From Malacoraja senta (Eukaryota), in contig CM075997.1 in assembly GCA_038087875.1 (NCBI GenBank), forward strand, positions 5,272,001 through 5,336,000: a stretch of DNA of 64,000 nucleotides, read 5' to 3'. Positions 1-12,447 of this stretch are shown piece after piece. Position 1 is the first letter of the stretch; every line of letters begins with the position of its first letter. Both the position numbers and the translations under genes were made by a program. The notes under the pieces are model-generated. The model saw only the letters and a list, made by a program, of their open reading frames with translations, had not been told where the DNA came from and ran no database searches.

Positions 1-124
1 AACTGTGTTCTTGGGAGACAACAGTGAATGATTACTGTGAGGAGGTTACATGGAAACAGTTTTTTTTCCTAAACAGCTTTGTTTCCTGTTTGTTCATTTC
101 TAAAGTAACTCTAGTTACTTCTTC

Positions 125-377
125 CCTGGGAAGGAAATCCTTCTTCCCTGTGGCTATCAAATTGTACAACTCCTCCCTCTTCTGTCGTGGGGTAGACTGA
201 GACAGACTCCACCCCCCCACCCCCTCTCCCACCCCCTCCCAAAATCTTTGCACATCCCCAATCCTTTCCACTCATCACTTTAATTATTTGTGTCTTTTGT
301 GTTTTTATGACGGTTGGCTGATCAATTTCCCTCCTAGTAAATAAAGTTCTATCGTATATCATATCGTATCGTATCAT
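125..377 (+). mobile_element. Rex1/Babar-type LINE 3' fragment
   Basis: Encodes RKSFFPVAIKLYNS, a typical Rex1/Babar ORF C-terminus, then AATAAA and a (TATCG)n tail; the same tail recurs near 3282-3330. Confidence 0.7.
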
Positions 378-452
378 TACTGGGTTGTATAGTTTCTGAT
401 TAAAATCGTGCTATGACCGATTTTGCCCATGCAATGCAAATAATCTCTGGTT

Positions 453-720
453 GGCACAGGGGCACAGCTGGTAGAACTGGTGCTTCACAGAGCCAGAGAC
501 ATGGGTTCAATTGAGTGGAGTTTGCACGTTCTCCTTATGATGATATGGGTTTCCTCCGGGGGCTCCAGTTCTTTCCAATATCCCCAAAATATGAGGGTTT
601 TGCCCATTCATTGGCTGCTGTAAAAGTGCCATTAATGTGTCTGGAGTAGATGAGAAAGTGGGATAAGATAGACCCTGTCCTAACAAGTGATCGATGGTCA
701 CAGATGGACTCAGGTGGGCA
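453..720 (+). mobile_element. tRNA-derived V-SINE (HE1-like), degenerate
   Basis: A/B-box-like head (ggcacagctggtaga...gggttcaatt) followed by the tggagtttgcacgttctcc core. Confidence 0.65.
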
Positions 721-759
721 CACCGTCATAGGTCTGGAGGGTGAACTTAGTTTAGTTTA

Positions 760-990
760 GTTCACACAAAGGGGTGGTGGGTGTATGGAACAAGCTGCCA
801 GAGGAAGTAGTTGAAGCAGGGACTATCCTAACGTTTAAGAAACAGTTAGACAGGAACATGGATAGGACAGGTTTGGAGGGATATGGACCAAACGCAGGCA
901 GGTGGGACTGGTGCAGTTGGGACATGTTGGGCGGTGTGGGCAAATTGGGCCAAAGGGACTGTTTCCACACTGTATCACTCTATGACTCTA
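760..990 (+). mobile_element. CR1/HER1 LINE 3' fragment
   Basis: Encodes VGVWNKLPEEVVEAGTILTFKKQLDRNM, the CR1 ORF2 C-terminus. Confidence 0.85.
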
Positions 991-1141
991 GTAGTTTATT
1001 GTCAAGTGTACCGAGGTACAGTGAAGAGCTTTTGTTGCGTGCTAACCAGTCAGCGGAAAGACAATACCTGATTACATCGAGCCATTTGCAGTGTACAGAT
1101 ACACGATAAGGGAATCATATTTAGTGATCATAGATTAAAGT

Positions 1142-1378
1142 AAGGTCGACAAAAATGGTGGAGAAACTCAGCAGGTGAGGCAGCATCTACGGAGCAAAGG
1201 AAATAGGTGATGTTTCGGGTCGAGACCCTTCTTCAGACCCTTCTTCCAGTCTGAAGAAGGGTCTCGACCCGAAACGTCACCTATTCCTTCGCTCCATAGA
1301 TGCTGCCTCACCCGCTGAGTTTCTCCAGCATTTTTGTCTACCTTCGATTTTCCAGCATCTGCAGTTCCTTCTTAAACA
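1142..1378. repeat. Inverted (fold-back) pair of Penelope-associated terminal repeats
   Basis: 1142-1238 is approximately the reverse complement of 1249-1344; the same repeat follows GIY-YIG fragments elsewhere in the window. Confidence 0.8.
1247..1282 (+). ncRNA. Minimal hammerhead ribozyme motif (Penelope type), best-conserved copy
   Basis: CUGAAGA-A-[GGGUC-UC-GACCC]-GAAAC-GUC, with palindromic ACGU stem III; stem I is only about 2 bp. Confidence 0.65.
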
Positions 1379-1867
1379 TAGATGAAAGTAAGAAATGTAA
1401 CTGTAGGAGTATAGATGTAAGAGTGTGGAGCGATTGTAGTATGAGTTTGTAGATCTGCTTCTGTGGCTAGCCACAAATAGTCTGGGCGCCATCTTCAACT
1501 CATGCTTCAAGTTCAAGTCCAAGAGAGTCAAACTTACCATGTGGATTAATTCACTCACAACATAGCACGCTTCTGAGTTCCTGGAAGAAGTGAAAATCAG
1601 AGATTTAGAACTGTATCTGCCGTTTTTCTGGGAATCCTTATCTGCGTAAAGCGGAAACACAGTTCCAGTTGCATGAGGGAAGATTGCAGAGAACATGTAA
1701 GTGTGAATGAAGAAAACAGGGGAGAGAGCACATTCATCGGAAATATTCAGAAACAGCAGTGAAACGATGGCATGGGCATAGAGGGTGGCATAGTGGTACA
1801 GCAAGCAGTACTGCTTCCCCATAGCTCCAGCGACCCTGGTTCAATGCCCACCCCTGTCTGTGTGGTC

Positions 1868-2760
1868 ATACGTGATAGGAGCAGAATTAGGCCATTCGGC
1901 CCATCAAGTCTACTCCGCTATACAACCATGGCTGATCTATCTCTCCTAACCCCATTCTTCTCCCCATAACGCCACAGCATTTAAGAATAAGGGGTAAGCC
2001 ATTTAGAATGGAGACGAGGAAACACTTTTTCTCACAGAGAGTTGTGAGTCTGTGGAATTCTCTGCCTCAGAGGGCGGTGGAGGCCAGTTCTCTGGATACT
2101 TTCAAGAGAGAGCTAGATAGGGCTCTTAAAGATAGCGGAGTCAGGGGATATGTGGAGAAGGCAGGAACGGGGTACTGATTGGGGATGATCAGCCATGATC
2201 ACATTGAATGGCGGTACTGGCTCGAAGGGCTGAATGGCCTACTGCTGCGCCTATTTTCTATTGTCTATTTTCTATTGTCTAATCCCTGACACCCATACTA
2301 ATTAAGAATCTATCTATCACTGCCTTAAAAATATCCACTGACTTGGCCACAGCCTTCTGTGGCAAAGAATTCCACAAATTCACCACCCTCTGACTAAAGA
2401 AATTCCTCCTCATCTCCTTCCAAAAGGAACGTTCTTTAATTCTGAGGCTGTGGCCTCTAGTCCTAGACTCTCCCACTAGTGGAAACATCCTCTCCACATC
2501 CATTCTATCCAAACCTTTCACTATTCTGTAAGGTTCAATGAGATCCGCCCTCATTCTTCTAAACTCCAGCGAGTACAGGCCCAGTGCCGTCAAACACTCA
2601 TCATATGTTAACCCACTCATTCCTGGGATCGTTCTTGTAAACCTCCTCTGGACCCTCTCCAGAGCCAGCACATCCTTCCTCAGATATGGGGCCCAAAATT
2701 GCTCTCAACACTCCAAATGCAGCCTGACCAGTGCCTTGTAGAGCCTCAGCATTCCATTCC
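1868..2760. mobile_element. Nested CR1 3' fragments (minus copy interrupted by a plus copy at ~1975-2278)
   Basis: LERVQRRFTRTIPG...FFSQRVVNLWNSLP on the minus strand; the inner copy ends in a (CTATTGT)-like tail. Confidence 0.85.
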
Positions 2761-3654
2761 TAGTTGGCATGATGGCTCTTGCATGAAGTGTGCATGATGA
2801 CTCCTGGAGTGTCTGCGCCCCAATTTCCTCCCCCATCCCAAAGACGTGCGTGTTGATCAGTGAAATGACCTCTGCAATCACCCCAGAAATGGAAGTGGAG
2901 AGTAGAATGGGGGGTTTTGATGGGAATATTAGGAAAATAAAAATGGGATTACTGTAGGGTTAGTGTAAATGGGCGCACGATGGTCAGCATCGACTCTGTG
3001 GGCCGAAGGGCCTGTTTCCATGCTTGTGACTCCACCATGATTGTGTGCAGAGTTGTTCTGACTTTGATTTTCCTTGTTGCCCGGCAAGTGTACTTGACAG
3101 AAAATGATGTATCAATTGACTGCCTCATTTCATGAAGTTGGACATGGATAGGAAAGGTTTAGGAGGATATAGGCCAAATGTGGGCAATTGGGACCAGCTT
3201 AGATGGGGCACCTTTGTTGGCATGGCAGAGTCGGGCCGAAGGGCCTGTTTCCATGCTGTAAAACACTACCACTCTATGACTCAATTTCCCTCCTGGGATA
3301 AATAAAGTTCTATCGTATCGTATTGTATCGGTTTTCTCCCACACTCCAAAGACGTGCAGGTTTGTAGGTTAATTGGCTTTGGTATAAATGTGTAAATTGT
3401 CTCTAGTGTGTGTAGGGTAGTGTTAGTGTGCGGGGATCGCTGGTCGGTGTGGACTCGGCGGGCCGAAGGGCCTGTTTACGTGCTGTATTTCTAAACTAAA
3501 CTAAACTCAGGGAATTGGAGGGTCAGGACGTAGTGCCAGGACCTAATGATCAGGATCGATAGATCAGAGTGCTGTTGGATCAGGGGACTGTGTTTGAAGT
3601 CTCTGGCTCTTCAGGCTGGGGCAACAGAGCATTGGAAAGATGAGTTTAGATTAG

Positions 3655-3948
3655 ATTAGTTTTGAGATACAGCGTAGAAACAGGCCCATCAGCCCACTGA
3701 GTCCATGCCGACCACCCTATCATAGTTCTATGATATCCCAGTTTCACATCCTGCACATTAGGGCCAATTTACAATTTACGGAAGCCAGCTAACCTACAAG
3801 CCTGCACGTCTTTGGAGTGTGGGAGGAAATCGGAGCACCAGGAGAAAACCCACGCAGGTCACGGGGAGAAGGTACAGGCAGCACCCACAGTCAGGATCGA
3901 TCCGGGGTCTCTGGCGCTGTAAGGCAGCAACTCTGCTGCCGCCCCGCC
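3655..3948 (-). mobile_element. V-SINE (HE1-like)
   Basis: Reverse complement of the head, core and gggccgaagggcctgtttc...(TAAAC)n tail. Confidence 0.8.
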
Positions 3949-4007
3949 GTTTTTAAAACAACGACAAGGTTCCTTCAAACAGGACTACCTTCAAACAACG
4001 ACCCCAC

Positions 4008-4238
4008 CTGTGATTGTGAAGATCGCAGTTCTGCCTCCGCTAATATGCATTCTGTCCCAACACCAGGGTACAGACTCGGTGCTGACCAGAGTGTCAGCTG
4101 GACCAGTGAGCCCAGAGTGGATCTAACAGAGACGATGCAACGATGACAGTAACTCAGTATCACGTTCTCACACTGCTGTTTATGGGGGCTTGTTCGCTCC
4201 ATCTTGGCAATGTACCAGTGACCACAATCCAAAAGGAC
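4008..4238 (-). CDS. Candidate host-gene exon (unidentified), 231 nt, phase 0-0
   Basis: Non-repetitive; AG|...|GTGGGG; open frame VLLDCGHWYIAKMERTSPHKQQCENVILSYCHRC...SSQSQ. Weak acceptor, next to a MITE remnant. Confidence 0.25.
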
Positions 4239-4249
4239 CTAAAGACCTT

Positions 4250-4587
4250 AAGCGGGGGCCGCGCGGAGGTGGAGTGATTGACGTGAAGTTCGAGCGAAGT
4301 CCGTGGGAAGTTCGCGCGTGACGTACGGCGTCGAGACGCTGCGTACGGCGTCAAGACGCTGTGCACGCCCGTCGAGGTGGCTGCGGGGTGGCAGGCCGTT
4401 GCCGCGCGGAATTTTTGAACACGGTCAGTTTTTCGGAGCCCCGCGCGATGTCGGGACCAGCTCCGCACAACTCCATACGGCTCCGGCGATCGAAGTGGGA
4501 CCTGCCCCGCGAGGCCATACGGCTCAAGCGACCATGTTAGGTCGCGCTTGCCGCATGGAGTCGCATGCTCGTGGGACAGGCCCTTAA
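4250..4587. mobile_element. Truncated PIF/Harbinger-type MITE (right end only)
   Basis: GC/CpG-rich; ends gtgggacaggccct|taa, like the complete MITEs at 36254 and 40871. Confidence 0.65.
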
Positions 4588-4757
4588 CTCATCCATGTCC
4601 TTGAGAGATGCTGCCAGACCCGTTGAGTTACTCCAGCAGTATGTTTAACTACCAGGCAGCTCATATATACGTGTATACATATATACATATATCATATATG
4701 TGAAAAAGTTGCCCCTCAGATTCTTATTAAATCTTTTCCCTCTCACCTTAAACCTTA

Positions 4758-5250
4758 AGGAGTGCAGCGTAGGTTTACAAGGCTAATTCCCGGGATGGCG
4801 GGACTGTCATATGCTGAGAGAATGGAGCGGCTGGGCTTGTACTCTCTGGAGTTTAGAAGGATGAGTGGATATCTCATTGAAACATATCAGATTGTTAAGG
4901 GTTTGGACACGCTAGAGACAGGAAACATGTTCCCGATGTTGGGGGAGTCCAGAACTAGGGGCCATTTACCCCTTAAGAATAAGGGGTAAGCCATTTAGAA
5001 CGGAGACGAGGAAACACGGTTTCTCACAGACAGTTGTGAGTCTGTGGAATTCTCTGCCTCTGGATACTTTCAAGAGAGAGGTAGATAGGGCTCTTAAAGA
5101 TAGCGGAGTCAGGGGATATGGGGAGAAGGCAGGAATGGGGTACTGATTGGGGATGATCAGCCATGATCACATGATCACATTGAATGGCGGTGCTGGCTCG
5201 AAGGGCCGAATGGCCTACTCCTGCACCTATTGTCTATTGTCTATTGTCTA
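4758..5250 (+). mobile_element. CR1 LINE 3' fragment
   Basis: Encodes QRRFTRLIPGMAGLSYAERMERLGLYSLE; ends in a (CTATTGT)n tail. Confidence 0.9.
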
Positions 5251-5508
5251 AACCTATGCCCTCTGGTTCTTGATTCCCCATCTCTAGGTAAAAGACTTTG
5301 TGCATTCACCCTATCCATTCCCCTCATAATCATCTATTTATACACCTCTATAAGATCACCTTTCATCCTCTTGCATTCCAAGGAATACAGTCCTAGCCTG
5401 CCCAACCTCTCCCTGTAGCTCAAGGCCTCAAGTCCTGGCTACATCCTCGTATTTTGACCAGGAAACTAGATATCTCCTGATCTTCACCAAAATGATGCAT
5501 TTTTGAAC

Positions 5509-5608
5509 CTGCTCTAGAGGACCAAACGATTTGTCATCAAAAGCCAGTTCCTCCCTCAATTTTGAATTGGAACAGCTGTATCCCTGGAGTGGGACATCGG
5601 CATTATCT
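5509..5608 (-). CDS. Candidate host-gene exon (unidentified), phase 2-0
   Basis: AG|...|GTTCAA (weak donor); DNADVPLQGYSCSNSKLREELAFDDKSFGPLEQ; phase-compatible with the neighbouring candidates. Confidence 0.2.
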
Positions 5609-5654
5609 CTGCTTATTGCGAATGAAACATAAACCAAAGGAATAGTTAGATCTG

Positions 5655-5838
5655 AAGCCGGGTGTTGAGCAGCCAGGTTGTTGTCTCTGTTGGCGTCAAT
5701 GTCTGCCAGGCCCTGACAGAGCTCCATTTGGTGGGTGGTAGAGCGGGCACCCATAGATGACATGGTTGGCTGTCTGTTGTTCTACTCTGCATTCACAGGC
5801 TGGGCTCTGGCGAAGCCCCCATCTCCACACGCTGGCTT
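5655..5838 (-). mobile_element. Ingi/Vingi-type LINE C-terminal fragment
   Basis: Encodes WRWGLRQSPACECRVEQQTANHVIYGCPLY, the CCHC zinc knuckle typical of Ingi/Vingi ORF ends. Confidence 0.65.
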
Positions 5839-6419
5839 GTGAGATGGGGACATTATGAGACATTATGAGTGAAGAGATATCCCTGGCCCACTGAGCCTTG
5901 TATCTCTGCTCCAGCAAAGCCACAATATTAACCCATGATAGACACAAAATGCTGGTGTAACTCAGTGGGACAGGCAACATCTTTGGAGAGAAGGAATGGG
6001 TGACGTTTCAGGTCGAGACCCTTCTTCAGACACTTTTGGGTCGAGACCCTTCTTCAGACCACTCCAGAGATGCTGCCTGTCCCGCTGAGTTACTCCAGCA
6101 TTTTTTAAACCAGCATCTGCAGTTCTTTCCTACACATTTTAACCCATACGTCCACATCCAATGTTCCTTTTTAGAATTGGTGCACATCTAACCCATTGGG
6201 CAACCCCCTTCTGCCACTGGTATCCTCCATAACCCGGCCTCTCCTCAACCCACTCAACTCTGCCTGGATTCCACCACTCACTACACATTAGGGGAAACTC
6301 ACAGCAGCCAATTAACCTGGCAACTCTCATGTGTTTAGGATGTGGGAGGAAACCGGATCACCCGGGGGAAACTGCACACACACACACACACACACACTAG
6401 TTGGAATCAAAGTTCACTT

Positions 6420-8960
6420 CATAAGTTCATGTTCTAGGAGCAGACATTCGGCCCATCAGGTCTACTCCACCATTTGATCATGACTGATCTATCTCTCCCT
6501 CTCAACCCCACTCTCCTGCCTTCTCCCCATAAACCCTGACACCCGTACTAATCAAGAATATGTCAATCCCCGCCTTAAAAATATCCATTGACGGCCTCCA
6601 CGGTCTGTGGCAATGAATTCCACAGATTCACCACCCTCTGACTAACAAAATTCCTCACCATCTCCTTTCTAAAGGTATGTCCTTTTATTCTGAGGCTATG
6701 GTCACTGGTCCTAGACTCTCCCACTAGTGGAAACATCCTCCCCACATCCACTCTATCCAGGACTTTCACTAATCTGTAAGTTTTAATGAGTTCCCCCCTG
6801 ATCCTTCTAAACTCCAGTGAGTACAGGCCCAGTGCCGACAAACGCTCATCATAGGTTAACCCACTCATTCCTGGGATCAATTCTGCATAGAATAGACAAT
6901 TGACAATAGGTGCAGGAGTAGGCCATTTGGACCTTCGAGACAGCACCACCATTCAATATGATCATGGCTGATCATCCACAATCAGTACCCCGTTCCTTCC
7001 TTCTTGCCATATCCCCTGACTCTGCTATCTTTAAGAGCCCTATCTAGCTCTCTCTTGAAAGCATCCAGAGAATTGGCCTCCACTGCCTTCTGAGGCAGAG
7101 AATTCCACAGATTCACAACTCTCTGTGTGAAGAAGTGTTTTCTCATCTCCGTTCTAAATGGCATACCCCTTATTCTTAAACTGTGGCCCCTGGTTCTGGA
7201 CTCCCCCAACATCGGGGAACATAGAACATAGAGCAGTGCAGCAGTGTCTATGTGATGAATAGGCTGAAGGGTCCAGACCCAAAACATCACCTCTCCATGT
7301 TCTCCAGAGACGCTGCCTGAACCGCTGAGTTACTCCAGCACTTTGTGTCTTCTTTTGTAAACCGTCATCTGCAGTTTCTTGTTTCACCAGTACAGTACAG
7401 CACAGCAACAGGCCCTTCAGCCCACAATGCGCTGAATAAGACGCCAATACCAACTCTTATCTGCCTGCGCGTAATGCATATCACTCCATCCCTGCATATC
7501 CATGCACCTATCCAAGGGTCTCCAAAATGCCACTATTATGTTTGCCTCCACTATCACCCCTAGCACTCACCAGACTCTGTGTTAAATACGTGTAGGAAAA
7601 AACTGCAGATGCTGGTTTAAACCGAAAGTAGACACAACATGCTGGAGTAACTCAGCGGGACAGGCAGCATCTCTGGAGAGAAGGAATGGGTGACATAGAT
7701 ACATAGATACATAGAAAATAGGTGCAGGAGTAGGCCATTCGGCCCTTCGAGCCTGCACCGCCATTCAATATGATCATGGCTGATCATCCAACTCAGTATC
7801 CCGTACCTGCCTTCTCTCCATACCCCCTGATCCCCTTAGCCACAAGGGCCACATCTAACTCCCTCTTAAATACAGCCAATGAACTGGCCTCAACTACCCT
7901 CTGTGGCAGAGAGTTCCACAGATTCACCACTCTCTGTGTGAAAAAGTTTTTCCTCATCTCGGTCTTAAAGGATTTCCCCCTTATCTTTAAGCTGTGACCC
8001 CTTGTCCTGGACTTCCCCAACATCGGGAACAATCTTCCTGCATCTAGCCTGTCCAACCCCATAAGAATTTTGTACGTTTCTATAAGATCCCCTCTCAACC
8101 TCCTAAATTATAGCGAGTATAAGCCAAGTCTATCCAGTCTTTCTTCATATGACAGTCCTGACATCCCAGGAATCAGTCTGGTGAACCTTCTCTGCACTCC
8201 CTCTATGGCTATGTCACCGAAATGTCACCCATTCTATCCCGTTGAGTTACTCCATCATTTTGTGTCTATCTGTGTTAAAAACCTTCTCTGCACATCTCCT
8301 TTAAACTTTGCCCATCTCACATTAAAGCTGTGCCCTCTACCAATTGATATTTCCATCCAGGGAAAAAGGTTCTGACTGTCTACCCTATCTATGCCTCATA
8401 ATTTTACAGACTTCTATCAGGTCTCCCCTCAAACTCTGGCATTCCGGAGAAAACAAACCAGTCTGTTCAACCTCTCCCTGTAGCTAATTAGGTCATAAGG
8501 TCAAAAGTGATAGGGAGTAGAATTAGGCCATTCGGCCCATCAAGTCTACTCCACCATTCAGTCATGGCTGATCTATCTCTCCCTCCGAACCCCATTCTCC
8601 TGCCTTCTCCCCATAACCTGTGACACCCGTACTAATCAAGAATCTATCTATCGCTGCCTTAAAAACATCCACTGACTTGGCCTCCTGTGGCAATGAATTC
8701 CACAGATTCACCACCCTCTGACTAAAGAAATTGCTGCTAAAAGAACGTCCTTCAATTCTGAGGCTGTGACCTCTAGTCCTGGACTCTCCCACGAGTGGAA
8801 ACATCCTCTCCACATCCACTCTGTCCAAGCCTTTCATATTCTGTACATTTCAATGAGGTCCTCCCTCATTCTTCTAAACGCCAGCGAGTGCAGGCCCAGT
8901 GCTGCCAAATGCTCATCATAGGTTAACCCACTCATTCCTGGGATCATTCTTGTAAACAGG
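6420..8960 (-). mobile_element. Cluster of CR1 3' fragments interleaved with Penelope-type repeats
   Basis: Several RGHSLRI...FFTQRVVNLWNSLP ORF pieces (6575-6952, 6982-7215, 7793-8098, 8562-8837). Confidence 0.85.
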
Positions 8961-10343
8961 TAATACCCTCTAATGCAGGCATCATTCTGGTAAACCTTTT
9001 GTCCATCTGTCCTAGCTGACCCACTTTGCCACCCTGAAGTTTTCACTGATGGAATAACTTCTCAAAGGCTCTCTGCCACAAGCTCATCAAAATGTACACG
9101 GTTCCGCTAATGCCTTTTTAAACCTATCTCTCAGCGGTTCCTCCCCACAGAGGTACCCATGGATGAACAGGAAACCTCATTCTCCTTCCCTTTCCCACAC
9201 AGACCTCTCTGTCCTAGGTCTCCTCCATTGTCAGAGTGAGGCTAAACTGGGGGAACAGCATCTCATATTTCGCTTGGGCAGCTTACAGCCCAGTGGTATG
9301 AACAATGATTTCTCTCACTTCAGGTAGCCCCGGCATTCCCTCTCTCTCTATCCCTCCCCCACCCTAGTCGGGCACCAGCTTCTCCTTTTCACCCACAAAC
9401 AGCTAACAATGGCCAGTTTCCTTTATCATCGTTACTTTTTACATATCCTTCATTCATTGTTCTTTATCTCTCCACATCATCGTCTATATCTCTCGTTTCC
9501 CTTTTCCCTAACCAGTCTGAAGAAGGGTCTCGACTCGAAACATCACCCATTCCTTCTCACCAGAGATGCTGCCTGTCCCGCTGAGTTACTCCAGCTTCTT
9601 GTGTCCCTTAACATTATAGAGTGTATTTTTTCTCGATGAACATTTGGTTCTTGCGTTCCACATTGTACAGAAGGATGAGTGTATCCGTGTTGTGTAACCC
9701 CCTGCATTCCCTCTCTCATCATCCCTCCCCCACCCAAGTAGTACCAGCTTCAAAGTCGTCTTGTTGAGTCTCATTGTCTGTAACTTGTTTTCACCTAACC
9801 TACAACTAACAATGGCCTGTTTCCTTTATTGTCGTTGCTTTATTGCATATCTTTCATTCATTTGTTCTATAACTCTCTCTACATCACCATCTATATATAT
9901 CGTTCCTCTTTCCCCTGACTCTCAGTCTGAAGAAGGGTCTCGACTCAAAACGTCACCTATTCCTTTTATCCAGAGATGCTGCCTTTTATCCAGAGTTGAG
10001 TTACTCCATCATTTTTTGACAGTCTTGGTTTTGTGTATTCGTTGGAGTCACTGATATCAAGGAGGGGATTGCAAACTCATAATCTAATCTCAAGCCTTGT
10101 TTTTTGTGGTTTATGGTGTTTGCTGTCCCTCCACGATTAGACCGCAGGAGGACCTAGACCTTCAGACGATAGCTTAACGATTTCCCATTCTTTTAATCTA
10201 ATCACAGGCAATTTACTTGGAAACGGCCTTCCCTAGAGCTGGTGTGAATATCTTGAGCTCCAGACATCTCCACCGGCACTCCCATGTGTTTTTAATTTAG
10301 AGTTAGCAGAGCAACGTTCAGGCAAGGGATCTCGCTTCCTTAC

Positions 10344-10392
10344 CTTTCCGTCTCCATAATGAACTGTTCGTTTTGGGCGTTAGAGTAACATT
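10344..10392 (-). CDS. Candidate host-gene exon (unidentified), 49 nt, phase 1-2
   Basis: TAG|...AAG|GTAAGG (strong donor); CYSNAQNEQFIMETE. Confidence 0.3.
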
Positions 10393-11904
10393 CTAGTTGG
10401 AATCGTGAGGAGTGAGCATGTCAATGGTCATGACTTTGGGGGTGATCAGCCAAATGGGCTCGAAGGGCCAAATGACCTATTGTCTATTGTCTATTGTCTA
10501 TTGACTTGAACCTTGTTTCTCAATTCCACATTCCAGTCTGATTCCCATAATCATAGAACAGCATAGGACAAGATAATGCCAAGATAAACTAATCTCCTCT
10601 TCCTGCACGTGATCCATATCCCTCCATTCCCTGTATATCCATGTGCCTGCCTAAATGTCTCAAATGCCACTATTGTATCTGCCTCCACCACCACCCCTGG
10701 CAACATGTTCCAGATACCAACCACTCACTGTTTCAAAAACTTCCCCCACACATCTCCTTTAAACTTTGTCCCTCTCACCTTAAAGCTATGCCCTCTAATC
10801 TTTGCCATTTCCATACTGGGGGAAAAGGTTCTGACTGTCTACACTATCTATCCCTCTCATAATTTTATATACTTGTATCTGACAGGTCCTGCCCAAAACA
10901 TTGCCTATCCATGTCTTCCAGAAATGCTGCTTGACCTGCTGAGTTATTCCATCACTTTGTATTTTTTTCTCCAAGTTTATGCAACCTCTCCGTAAAGCTA
11001 ATGCTCTCTAATGCAGGTATCATTCTGGTAAACCGCTTCTGCACATTCTCAAAAGCCTCCACATCCTTCCTGTAATGGCGGCCACCAGATCTGCACACAC
11101 TACTCCAAAAGGGGCCAAACTGTGATAAAGCTGCATCATGACTTCCTGTCTCTTATACGCAATGCTCATTCCTTAATTCTCTTGTACTCCAAACTCTATT
11201 GCTGTGCCTTGAATCTCCGTCATCCACAGCTCTCTGGAGTGTAAAATGCAAAGAAAATCCTTCTCATTGCAATCTTGTGGACAATCCACTGAGATTAAAA
11301 TTGGGCCATCTATGGACTATAAATACAGAGGGAGAACAGTTTTCTTTGGTCATAGAATCATAGAGTCATAGTGATAGCGTGGAAACAGGCCCTTCGGCCC
11401 AACATGCCCAACTTGCCCACACCGACCAACATGTCCCAGCTACACTAGTCCCACCTGCCTGTGCTTGGCCCATATCCCTCCAAACCTGTCCTATCCATGT
11501 ACCAGTCTAACTGTTTCTTAAATGTTGCAATAGTCCCAGCCTCAACTACCTCCTCCAGCAGCTCATTCCATACACCCACCATGCTTTGTGTGAAAAAGTT
11601 ACTGCTCAGATTCCCATTAAATCGTTTCCCCTTCACATTGAACCAATGTCCTCAGGTTCTCGATTCCCCTACTCTGGGCAAGATACTCTGTGTGTCCACC
11701 TGATTTATTCATCTCATGATTTTATAACCTCTATAAGATCACCCCTCATCCTCCTGCACTCCAAGGAATAGAGACCCAGCCTGCTCAACCTCTCCCTATA
11801 CCTCAAATCCTTGAGTCCTGGCAACATCCTCGTAAATCTTCTTTGGTGTTGAATGTAACAGGGAAAAGAAGTCTAAACAGCCATTTAATAAAACAATTTA
11901 GGAT

Positions 11905-12200
11905 GGCACGTGGCACAGTGGTAGACTTGCTGCATTACAGCACCAGAGACACTGGTTTGATCCTGGCTACAGATGCTTGTCTGTACGGAGTTTGTACATT
12001 CTCCCCGTGACCGCGTGGGTTTTCTCCGAGAACTTCTGTTTCCTCCCACACTCCAAAGATGTACAGGTTTGTAGGTTAATTGGCTTGGTATCAATGTAAA
12101 AATTGTCCCTAGTGTGGGATAGTGTTAATGTGCGGGGATCGCTGGTTGGAGCGGACTCGGTGGACCGAAGGACCTGTTTCCGCGCTGTATCGCTAAATTA
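11905..12200 (+). mobile_element. V-SINE (HE1-like), near full length
   Basis: tRNA-like head, core and HER1-like tail. Confidence 0.85.
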
Positions 12201-12447
12201 AACCAATTGATTTCAAAAGATTTTGTCTCAAAATAGTTTCAAACCTGACCCTGTTTCTCTGCTGCACTGATCTATGTTCTGTGTTAGTGGAAATGTGAAC
12301 AGCATCTCTACTAGACCCTGTTCCTTCATTCTGTCCTTGAAGAAATAGTTTCCCTTGTTGACCTTACTGAGTCCTTGTGAAATTTTACATTGTCCTGTCA
12401 GATAACCTCCTGGTGTTACACCTTCAAAGATAATTTGCCAACAAAAC

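Noticed and set aside
11905..11990. tRNA genes
   Set aside because: The A/B-box segments are SINE heads continuing into the V-core and LINE-like tail; no proper cloverleaf.
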